From Candidatus Obscuribacterales bacterium (GTDB lineage Bacteria > Cyanobacteriota > Vampirovibrionia > Obscuribacterales > Obscuribacteraceae), in the NCBI GenBank assembly GCA_965228855.1, contig CBDDIJ010000005.1, forward strand, positions 64,001 to 128,000: a stretch of DNA of 64,000 bases. The letters run 5' to 3'. How positions within the stretch are numbered: the stretch's first letter is position 1; the number at the start of each line of letters is the position of its first letter. The position numbers and the translations under genes were made by a program. The notes beneath the pieces are model-generated. The model ran no database searches, was not told where the DNA came from, and saw only the letters and a program-made list of their open reading frames with translations. Below are positions 44,964 through 53,666 of the stretch, in pieces.

Positions 44964-46403
44964 TTGGGCGACCAATATAAGGAATCACGCAGCTGGAACG
45001 ACGACAAACCCAGCAAGCTCAGACTTGGGTTGTCGATAGCAGCTATAGGTTTGACACTGGCGGCGGTGGCACTCTCGGTCACGTATGTAGCCTTCCCCTG
45101 CAAAGCCGGTCAACAAGACTCCGTCGCTTGTCGCATGGAAAATGCGAAACAGGCTGCTGCCAACGCGCTGTCTTCAGTGCCATTTATTCCTAGACTCGAT
45201 GAACGTATGAACGTGCTCATCATGGGAGTCGATTGGAACGGCGACGACGCCGAGAGGTATCAGGGCAATCGCTCCGACACGATGATGCTGGTTTCACTCG
45301 ATCCTGATCACGATAAAGTAGGAATCATTTCAATTCCTCGCGACAGCCGCGTGTCGGTGGGCCGCCACCTGAGCAAAATAAATCAAGCGCATGCTGTTGG
45401 TGGTCCGGAATATGCCGTTGAGACAGTGAAGAACAATTTCAATGTTCCGGTCGACCATTACGTCGTAGTCGACACGATGGGCTTGAAGGATCTATTCAAA
45501 CTGCTTGGGCCGGTAGAAGTTGTCGTCGAAAAAGAAATGCACTACGAGGATAAAACTTCCGGGCTCAAAATTGATCTCAAACCCGGAAAACAAATGCTCA
45601 CTGCTGAGCAAGCAGAGGGCTATGTTCGCTTCCGAAAAGATGCGTACGCAGATATCGGACGGATGGAGAGACAACAATGGTTTCTTCGCCAGTCACTCAG
45701 CAAGCTGAAAGATCCGACAGTCCTGTTGAAGGCTCCCCAGCTGGTTGAAGCCGGCTACAAATGCGTAAAGACTGACTTGCCGCCTGACAAAATTGCGGCG
45801 ATTATGTCGTTTGTGAAAGACTTGAAGCCTGGATCTGTTTTAACCTCGACACTGCCGGGCGATGGCGCCACCATAGATGGTGTCAACTATTTTATTCTCG
45901 ATGAGAAAGGAACACAAAATATTTTCGAGCGCTTCGCGCTCGTCGCACCGGAGTCACGCAGTCAGCGCCGCGAACGCCGAGAAACCGCTACATACTCGGG
46001 AGACGAAGAAACGCTTCGCAAGAAAACCCGAATCACCATCAGGTACAGAGAAGCGGCGCAGGGTCAGGCCGAATTTATGGCTAATCAACTTAAGGAGCGT
46101 GGATGGCGGGTTCGCACGATTCTCACGCACCTGGACAATGACTGCCAGCACGCGCAAATCAACCTGAATAATCGCAGGGCAACCGCTGAAGTAATATCGA
46201 TGGTGTGCAGCGATTTACCGGAGATATCCGACTGGCCCGTCGTTGTGAAATACGGACAACTGGCGGGCTGCGAACTGTCAGTTGTTTTACCCGGACCGGC
46301 GCACGTCGCCGGAATGCAGGGCACGACAGCAACTGCCGCAGTGCCTCCTAATTCGGAACCTATAAATAGCAATAGCGAAACGCCGCTGATTCAAACTCAG
46401 TAG
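44964..46403 (+). CDS. LCP (LytR/CpsA/Psr) family protein with C-terminal LytR_C-like domain
   Basis: TM, NVLIMGVD, RSDTMML, SIPRD, KIN.A, YVRFR, DIGRMERQQ. Confidence 0.92.
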   Translation: MGDQYKESRSWNDDKPSKLRLGLSIAAIGLTLAAVALSVTYVAFPCKAGQQDSVACRMENAKQAAANALSSVPFIPRLDERMNVLIMGVDWNGDDAERYQGNRSDTMMLVSLDPDHDKVGIISIPRDSRVSVGRHLSKINQAHAVGGPEYAVETVKNNFNVPVDHYVVVDTMGLKDLFKLLGPVEVVVEKEMHYEDKTSGLKIDLKPGKQMLTAEQAEGYVRFRKDAYADIGRMERQQWFLRQSLSKLKDPTVLLKAPQLVEAGYKCVKTDLPPDKIAAIMSFVKDLKPGSVLTSTLPGDGATIDGVNYFILDEKGTQNIFERFALVAPESRSQRRERRETATYSGDEETLRKKTRITIRYREAAQGQAEFMANQLKERGWRVRTILTHLDNDCQHAQINLNNRRATAEVISMVCSDLPEISDWPVVVKYGQLAGCELSVVLPGPAHVAGMQGTTATAAVPPNSEPINSNSETPLIQTQ

Positions 46404-46697
46404 GCTAACTTTCAAAAGCAAAACCAGGCAGGCGAAAGCGCGATTCTAAATCACCCGCCTGGAGTTCGAGAGGATAGCGCGAACACTGCGCTAGGCTAGC
46501 TCAACGAGTTTACAGTTTCAAAATTGCGATCCCGAAAGCGCTGATACCATCACCGTTTCGCCATCCGGCTTATTTTTTCGCGATGGGAATTCTACGCATG
46601 AGGGGGGAAATTCCCCAATTGTTGGAGCTCATGACAAACTCTATGCTCTAAAGCACAACACCCCCTTGGAAGCTGTGACCCGGCAGCGAGGCAAAGA

Positions 46698-46934
46698 ATG
46701 ACAATGTTCAGAGACCCTAGAGATGAAGATCGACTCTGCCAAGTATTAAAGGCATACGTTGAAGAATGGGGCCCGGAAAACGTAATCGTATCCGTGCCAT
46801 CACATTGGAGCGAATACAGCACCAACAGCCTCGGTCGCGTAAGACTGGAATTCGCGACACAAAACACTGTTTCCATCCGAGTCGAATACGACTTCGTGAG
46901 ACTTAAGTACGACGTGGCTCTCCAAGCCGCATAA
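46698..46934 (+). CDS. Small hypothetical protein
   Basis: 78-aa ORF with GAGG upstream and a terminator downstream. Confidence 0.55.
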   Translation: MTMFRDPRDEDRLCQVLKAYVEEWGPENVIVSVPSHWSEYSTNSLGRVRLEFATQNTVSIRVEYDFVRLKYDVALQAA

Positions 46935-46977
46935 CAAAGTTTTATCAGATCCCACGATCTACTTTCCTCCTTGTATT

Positions 46978-47009
46978 GAAGCCCTGTGGTGGGGCTTCTT
47001 TCACTTTTT
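46978..47009 (+). terminator. Rho-independent terminator
   Basis: GAAGCCCT-GTGGT-GGGGCTTC followed by TTTCACTTTTT. Confidence 0.65.
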
Positions 47010-47158
47010 GCGGCAATGCCTCGAGTGCACCGGACAGCAGCTATTCATGCGGCGCGCTGAATGTTTCAAACGAATCTTTCAATCAACACATTGCGAAAGT
47101 AATTTGCTATATTCTAGTAACTCGCTACTGGCCAGCCGCTGTCCATCTCGGCTTTATC

Positions 47159-48541
47159 ATGATTGCGGATTCATACGGAAACACCAAAACTTCATCTTCT
47201 TGCCTCGACCTCGACGCAGTCCTCTGCACGGAGGAACTCGACCTGGCGCCGTCAAAAGAAGCACAGTACAAGCTGGAAGCTGAACTGCTTACCGACCTTG
47301 CCGTTCAACTTGCGGAACAGCCTGAGTCAATTCTGCAAGCTCTCACCGACTTGATTGTTGAAAGATTAGGGTTTCAGTCAGCTGGAGTGAGCTTGCTAAC
47401 TCCGGATCAAAGGGCATTTTATTGGCCGGCGGTTTCGGGAATCTGGGAACCAAATCGCCACGGCGGAACTCCGCGCGACTTCGGACCATGCGGGGACGTT
47501 ATCGATCGCAAAACTCATTTGCTGTTTAAACAGCCGGCGCGCCGCTACCAATACATCAACGAAATGGAGCCACCGATCTACTGGTGCCTGCTGGTTCCTT
47601 TTTATCATTATGACGACCCCGTGGGTACAATCTGGGTGCTCATTCATGATGAGGAAACCCATTTCGATAAAGAAGACCTTCGACTTTTGAAGAGTATCAG
47701 CAAATTCGCCTCCGCGGTTTATGCCCATCAGAGAACTCAGGAAATCGCTATGCATGCGGAGATCGAGTTATCACGCTTAAAAAGAGAACTGAAAATATTA
47801 TCGGAAAACACCGGCGAAGATTTAGAGAGCAGATTGGAATCGGTCGCCGTTGACCTTCTCAAATCAGATGAAGAGCTACGCAGTGTCTCGTTTTTACTTA
47901 CACAGCAGATTCAAGAACCAGCAAAAATAGTTTCCAGTTATTTGAAATTGCTTGCGGTTAGATATAAAGATCGCCTTGGTCCCGACGCTGACGAATTCAT
48001 TGATAAATGCCTTGCCGGGTGCGCCTCAATCACTCGGATGTTGGACGATTTGTGGCATTATACCCGTGCCACCACTCCTGCCGAGATGACGTTCATAAAC
48101 TCCGCTACTTCATTGAACGACGCGCTGACCGAACTGGATGAAATGATCAAATCAACCGAAGCGGTGATACGCAGACCTGATACCATGCCAAACGTCTTCT
48201 CTAATAACGAAAGGTTAACCTACGTTTGGAAAGCGGTAATAGAAAATGCGATCAAATACAGACGCTCAGGAACGAAACCTTCGATCGAAATTTCTATAAG
48301 AGACGAAGATGACGATTGGCTGTTCATCGTTAACGACGAAGGAGTTGGTATCGATATTATGGATACAAAAACGATCTTCAAACCTTTTACTCGTCTGAAC
48401 TCTCGCCCCGACAGTACCGGTTCCGGCATGAGCCTGGCTACGGTGCGTCGCATCCTGGAAGCGCACGGCGGCTCAATCTCAGCAGATACGTCGACAAGAA
48501 GCAGAGCGGAATTTGTAATCCGCCTGCCTCGGGTAGATTGA
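47159..48541 (+). CDS. GAF-HisKA-HATPase sensor kinase-like protein lacking the phospho-acceptor His
   Basis: GAF (TPRDFGPCG...LLVPF...VGTIW), H-box LTQQIQEP, N-box ENAIKY, G1 DEGVGI, F-box IFKPF, G2 GSGMSL. Start placed at ATG 47159, after the terminator. Confidence 0.82.
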   Translation: MIADSYGNTKTSSSCLDLDAVLCTEELDLAPSKEAQYKLEAELLTDLAVQLAEQPESILQALTDLIVERLGFQSAGVSLLTPDQRAFYWPAVSGIWEPNRHGGTPRDFGPCGDVIDRKTHLLFKQPARRYQYINEMEPPIYWCLLVPFYHYDDPVGTIWVLIHDEETHFDKEDLRLLKSISKFASAVYAHQRTQEIAMHAEIELSRLKRELKILSENTGEDLESRLESVAVDLLKSDEELRSVSFLLTQQIQEPAKIVSSYLKLLAVRYKDRLGPDADEFIDKCLAGCASITRMLDDLWHYTRATTPAEMTFINSATSLNDALTELDEMIKSTEAVIRRPDTMPNVFSNNERLTYVWKAVIENAIKYRRSGTKPSIEISIRDEDDDWLFIVNDEGVGIDIMDTKTIFKPFTRLNSRPDSTGSGMSLATVRRILEAHGGSISADTSTRSRAEFVIRLPRVD

Positions 48542-48636
48542 AGTCAAATAACTGTTCCGAGTATTTGCCCAGGACCACTGTTGGTTATATGGTGCAGACG
48601 GAATTCCCAAAAGCAGGAGAAACAGCAGTTCGGCTT

Positions 48637-49758
48637 TTATGCAATCGATGTCATCGCCACAGGCGTCAATACTCCATTCATGACGGTCAAGCTATTTCCG
48701 TCATTGAAGATTGCTTGCAAAGGCATTCCCGTTCTTTTCACTTCTTCCAGCAATTCCACGCTGCGTCTGGCCGTAAGCCGTTTCTCATTAACCATAAACG
48801 ACAGACTGCGCGCCGCTTGCATGACGATCGGATCGACCAACAAGAAATCCGCTAGCACTTCGCCTAAAGAACGTCGGTCTTCCAATGCAATCTCTAGACA
48901 AAACACTATGTCTTCGAGTTGGACAAGATTGGAGCACATGAGCAGATTGCCCAGAGCGCGGTCGTTTGTCGAGATCGGAACCTGGGAGACCAAACGCGCT
49001 TCATGCGTCATACCGTCTGCGACACCATACATGGTGTCAGTGTCTCTCAAGATACTGATCACTGTGAGTACCAGATCGTGATACTGAAGTTTATTGCTAT
49101 TTACCGCCGCCAAACATTCAAGCAATACCTTCAGCAACTGACCGGACATCATATTGTTTTTCATGAGCGCAAATCCGAGCGTCACGCCCCTTGATAGACA
49201 CTCCTGACGAACTGCCAGCAATTCTTGCTGAGAAAACATTCCGCAATTTTCGAGAAGCTCATACAGTCTGAAATTGGAAAATGGATTGCTCGGATGCAAG
49301 CCCAGGTCCCAGAGTGCATCATCAAATTCGATAAAGTGGTGGCATGCGAAAGACAATGCGATCGCTGCGAAATCACGATAGATCGCACCGGCTTCAATAT
49401 ATTGGATTGCCCGTTCCACTGCTCGCATGTCGGAGTGCGAAATGCGACCTGACAGAGAAAGAATCTCAAACGGAGTCAGGTCTCCTTTGCGAGAAACTTC
49501 GATAGCATCGCGCATGACGTGATCGGGCACTATACCTGAGGCTCTGAGCAACCATGACATCAAAGGCTCATCACCGCAAAGTTTTGGAAATCTGGTAAGT
49601 TCGATATTAAACAAGCTTTTGCCCTGACGTGCATTGGTTCGCGACGTCGGATCAGTTTTGGCATTCTCCGCAGCTTCGCTCGTGAACGGGCGGAATATGC
49701 TGTTCAGGTCGTAACCCGGAGGCTCTTTAGGGGATGAGGATGTTAGTGTTGAAAACAT
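48637..49758 (-). CDS. Hypothetical protein with MshEN-like helical repeats
   Basis: RLYELLENCGMFSQQEL, TLGFALMKNNMM, ALGNLLMCSNLV, SLGEVL resemble RLGxxLxxxG motifs. Confidence 0.6.
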   Translation of the reverse strand: MFSTLTSSSPKEPPGYDLNSIFRPFTSEAAENAKTDPTSRTNARQGKSLFNIELTRFPKLCGDEPLMSWLLRASGIVPDHVMRDAIEVSRKGDLTPFEILSLSGRISHSDMRAVERAIQYIEAGAIYRDFAAIALSFACHHFIEFDDALWDLGLHPSNPFSNFRLYELLENCGMFSQQELLAVRQECLSRGVTLGFALMKNNMMSGQLLKVLLECLAAVNSNKLQYHDLVLTVISILRDTDTMYGVADGMTHEARLVSQVPISTNDRALGNLLMCSNLVQLEDIVFCLEIALEDRRSLGEVLADFLLVDPIVMQAARSLSFMVNEKRLTARRSVELLEEVKRTGMPLQAIFNDGNSLTVMNGVLTPVAMTSIA

Positions 49759-50251
49759 GGGGCGTTCTTCGTGGTATGTACTGGCTCGGATACCGATGAG
49801 CTCGCTTGGTGAACGGTGTCGGGGTGGACCGTTTGATTTTGGAACCTGCGCGCGCGCCGTCTAGCACCACATGCAGTGGCACTAAAAGCACGTCGACAAG
49901 ATACCGGATCAGCCGAACCTTGTACATTTGACGATCAGATTATTCAATTTAGATTGGTAATCGGTCGATCAACTTACACGTTTGGCGGAATCAAGCAAAA
50001 CTTCAACCTTAGCAAGTCTTAATATGAATCCAAACGGGATCGAAGTCAATGGGACTCATGGGGAAACTACGTAGTCCAAGAGGGATGAATTTTTGAGCCT
50101 CCACGTGACCACCCCAAAAATATCTTGCTCAAACCTAAAATATCCCCACCAGCAATACATAAGCCGGATCTGGAAAAACCGAGATGCTCTCGCACTACGA
50201 AACGCTGACGCAGGAGTGCATCAAGCGGTCCGCTAACACTGACGGTACCCC

Positions 50252-51412
50252 TTAAAGTTCTATCTCGTGCACGACTTTACGCGAGGCATGGTCGAGGATG
50301 ACGACCTTATGTTTCAGCTTCGGGTATTCCATGCTGAATGCTATTCGCTTCTTCTCGATGCTGTACGGAGCGATTTCGAACCACATTTGAGAATCTTCGT
50401 CCCCATTGGTGACCGAAATAGGTTCCATGTTCTTCAAAGCGTCCTGAAGGTAAAAGTCCGTCGATCGCAGTCTTCGCTGCGAGTTGTTGTCGATTTTCAG
50501 ATCCACTCGCATGACACGACCACCCAAGCCATCCGACACAGCTTTGGAGTTCAAGACCTCAACGTCCAGACCGGCGAGCTGTTTTGGTTTCTTCTTTGGT
50601 GTAGGCTTCGTCGCAACCGGCATAAGCAGGTCTGTGTCGATGTTCATATTAAGGTCATCGCCAGGCTCCAACACGGCAGCCTTGCCCTTCTTCATGGCGG
50701 CGTAGGTGGTGGCGGCGACAGCGCCCAGCGCAGCGCCAGCGGCGAGGTTGTAGCCGTGCATCGAGATGGTTCCGCGAATACCGCCGGTCAACTGATAAGC
50801 GACCATTGTACCCACGATCGCACCACCGGCCGCATAGGAAGCCAGGCGACCGGCTCCCTTGGCCTTACTCTTTCTGGTCGATTTCTTGAAATTGTCAGCT
50901 TGAACACCGAAAGCAAACTTTCGGCCGTCTGGCAGCTTCAATTCTTCAAACTTGATCTTCACCCAGCCCGGACGGTACATCCGCCGCGGCGGCATGATTT
51001 CAGAAACATAGCCGGATAATGTCGTCCCTTCTGGAATTACTCTGTTGGTGTCGACAAAAATATCCTCTGTCGTGGTTGCCGTTATCAGCTGACCTTTCCT
51101 GGCCGGTCGCAATTCACCTTCCAGGTCACGGTCCATCAAGCGAAGACCGGAGGTGGGCACGCTGGTGAGCTTCATCTTGATTGGAGTTCCCTTCGGAACG
51201 CAATATTCAATGCCCCCTTGAAGGGTTAGACCGCCGTCCGGATTGCTCTGACCCGTCACTTTTTTGGTCGGATAGTAATTCTTATCAAGCTCGTGACCGT
51301 CCTGAGAAGGTGAATAGACACGTTCAACAGCCAGGACCGAGAGGGGATTCAACGCGCAAACAAGCGCAGCGGAGAGCGCAACAGCAGCTCTGGTGTTCTT
51401 AAATGTCGACAT
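50252..51412 (-). CDS. Exported protein with TrbI/VirB10-like beta domain and glycine-zipper hairpin
   Basis: Signal peptide; VPKGT, IPEGTTLSGYV...GWVKIKF..L.LPDG; AAGGAIVG...AAGAALG; C-terminal beta-rich domain. Confidence 0.6.
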   Translation of the reverse strand: MSTFKNTRAAVALSAALVCALNPLSVLAVERVYSPSQDGHELDKNYYPTKKVTGQSNPDGGLTLQGGIEYCVPKGTPIKMKLTSVPTSGLRLMDRDLEGELRPARKGQLITATTTEDIFVDTNRVIPEGTTLSGYVSEIMPPRRMYRPGWVKIKFEELKLPDGRKFAFGVQADNFKKSTRKSKAKGAGRLASYAAGGAIVGTMVAYQLTGGIRGTISMHGYNLAAGAALGAVAATTYAAMKKGKAAVLEPGDDLNMNIDTDLLMPVATKPTPKKKPKQLAGLDVEVLNSKAVSDGLGGRVMRVDLKIDNNSQRRLRSTDFYLQDALKNMEPISVTNGDEDSQMWFEIAPYSIEKKRIAFSMEYPKLKHKVVILDHASRKVVHEIEL

Positions 51413-51700
51413 TGAAAGACTTCCTCAACCAAGCGCCAAAGCAACTAATAGAGGCTGCGAGTATATAAGAGTTTCCAATCGGGGGAAAGGCGAGAAAAAT
51501 CATCTTTACATCAAAGCGCCAGTCAGTCACTCATGGCGACGACAGAGATGTCAGGCAGCAGCAATTATGCGACACTAAAATCAACCGCTGCAAATCCTCC
51601 ACAAGAGCGGGCATAAGACCATTGCGAGGGTTCATAATTTGCTGCTAAAAATCTATTGAACCAAATGTTTGCGAACCACTACGATCTAGTCTAGAAAACG

Positions 51701-53587
51701 ATGACTCTAGAAAACGTTAAAACTGAGACAGCTGAAGAGGAAGTCGACGAGCCGACAAGCGAGCAGACCCCCGATAACATAGTTGTGCTCAAGTACGGCA
51801 GTGAGATCATGGATGAGCTTCGGGCGCTGGCTGCCGGTAACCGTCTCTACGAGGCAGTAATCATCGATGTCACTTTGTGCGGTTACATGTTCGCCGCGGA
51901 GAATCTCATAGAAGCCGCTAGACTAGTCAATTCCCTGATCGAAGTAACCGGGGCTCTTATCTTCTTGAGAACAGACAGTGCCACCGCGATCGTTCGAGAG
52001 TCGATCACATCCGCACCATCCATCAGGGTTTTCGAGAGCTTCGCTGAAATTTTCGATTTCTCGCCTCAAGTAACCAAGTTTATAAAGACAACTCTCGGAA
52101 AAGACGCTGGCTTCGAAGAAGGTGGTGCTGACTTGTCTCAGCAGATCTTGCTGGCGGCCGTTCCTTCTTTTACAGAGGCCGGTTTAAGTAAAAAGACAAA
52201 CATTGAACAGGCCGGAAACACAAATCACTTGATGGCGCTTATCGACAACTACAGCCCGGTCGCGGCGATAGCCAGACGTGCCGCTGACAGGCTGACAGAG
52301 AATCAGATACTGGAAGCTCTTAAGGATTTGGAAACGAAGAAGCTCATATTCCCTATATTCGCGAAAGTTCCATTCCTCACAAACTACTTCAAGAGCAGGC
52401 GTTCCTTCACGCTGGAAGAATACTTGATGGGATGCAAAATCCTGAACCAGAGCCAGGTGGATGAACTTTTGCTCGAACTTCAAGGTACCAACATTCGCGA
52501 AAGAATGAACCTTGGAGCACTCGCAGTCAAGCGAGGAAAAATCACTTCGCGCATGCTTGAAATCGCCCTGGCCGACCAGGCGTTCTACGGTCAATCGGAG
52601 GCGAATAAGAGCAAAACGAAGATGTCGTCGTCAGCAACGTCAGCAACCGACGAAGCGAAGGTCCAGTCGCTTGTGGGACACCTTGGTTCCACCGACCCGA
52701 TGAGCCTTTTGCAAAACATGGCCACAAACCGTGAGACAGGGGTTTTGTCGGTTGAAAACCGCGACATGCAGTTTAAAGCTCATTTTGAGACAGGCAAGCC
52801 AGTCCACGCCCGTATTGGAAGACTACACGGCAATAAAGCAGTGATGGAATTTGCTTCGGCGTGGACGCAGGGAATTTTCGTTTTTATCAAACGCGATCCC
52901 TCTGAAGATCTCACGAAGGATACCTGCAAAGTCACCAAAGCACTTGAAAAATTGCTCCTGGACGCGGCGCTCGCGCAGGACAACATGCAAGTCGTCTGGG
53001 GGAAATTGCCGCGCGGAGCCGATTCCGTCCTCGAAAAAGATGAGTCCAAGAAGGAGAAGTTGGAAGGCGATCCGTTGATTGAGCCGAAAGAGAAAAAGCC
53101 TATAACCAAAGCGGAAATGGAATTAGTCAAGCGCGTTTATGAATCATTAGATGGGCTCACACCGCTTTCGCGCATTATCAAGCTTATGGGAGACATCACC
53201 ACATCCGACTTCAGCTGGGCAGTCGGCATGCTTCTTGAATATAATTTAGCGACGGTTCCGGACGGCGATATCGCCGGCCCGATGCAAAAATTCCAAAAGC
53301 TCGTACTTGGGATCCGAGAACATATCGGCAGCGACAGAAACAGCGCCTTCCTTCGCCTCAGCTTCCGCGACTCCCTGGGTTATTCGGGTCGCGCACGCGT
53401 CTTCATCTTGAGTTCTAAAGGTGAGGTCGATGTCGACATGGCGGCGGCGAGATCCGCCAACACCTCGCTATCGACCGTGGTCGCCGACCTTGAAAACTGG
53501 CAGGTGAAGTATATCGAATATGTTTCACAAGACCTGGACAGAGGCGTCCTTCTCAACATTATTCGCTCTGTCCACGAGAGCAGTTAG
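51701..53587 (+). CDS. DUF4388 (PATAN-like) multidomain signalling protein
   Basis: GHLG......LLQ......ETGVLSV......FETGK.VHA......G..AV.....W..G.FVF; upstream LGALAVKRGKIT...LE.AL..Q MshEN-like motif. Confidence 0.7.
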   Translation: MTLENVKTETAEEEVDEPTSEQTPDNIVVLKYGSEIMDELRALAAGNRLYEAVIIDVTLCGYMFAAENLIEAARLVNSLIEVTGALIFLRTDSATAIVRESITSAPSIRVFESFAEIFDFSPQVTKFIKTTLGKDAGFEEGGADLSQQILLAAVPSFTEAGLSKKTNIEQAGNTNHLMALIDNYSPVAAIARRAADRLTENQILEALKDLETKKLIFPIFAKVPFLTNYFKSRRSFTLEEYLMGCKILNQSQVDELLLELQGTNIRERMNLGALAVKRGKITSRMLEIALADQAFYGQSEANKSKTKMSSSATSATDEAKVQSLVGHLGSTDPMSLLQNMATNRETGVLSVENRDMQFKAHFETGKPVHARIGRLHGNKAVMEFASAWTQGIFVFIKRDPSEDLTKDTCKVTKALEKLLLDAALAQDNMQVVWGKLPRGADSVLEKDESKKEKLEGDPLIEPKEKKPITKAEMELVKRVYESLDGLTPLSRIIKLMGDITTSDFSWAVGMLLEYNLATVPDGDIAGPMQKFQKLVLGIREHIGSDRNSAFLRLSFRDSLGYSGRARVFILSSKGEVDVDMAAARSANTSLSTVVADLENWQVKYIEYVSQDLDRGVLLNIIRSVHESS

Positions 53588-53666
53588 AGAAACTAGGTTT
53601 AAAAACAAACTGCGCATAAAACGCTAAAATCTGTGAGTTGAAATCAGCTCTCAATTTGGCAGGTTT

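Noticed and set aside
46976..47158. N-terminal extension of the sensor kinase ORF
   Set aside because: Starts inside a terminator hairpin; ATG 47159 is more plausible.
49727..49927. 66-aa minus-strand ORF
   Set aside because: No clear SD or motif, and it overlaps the next gene out of frame.
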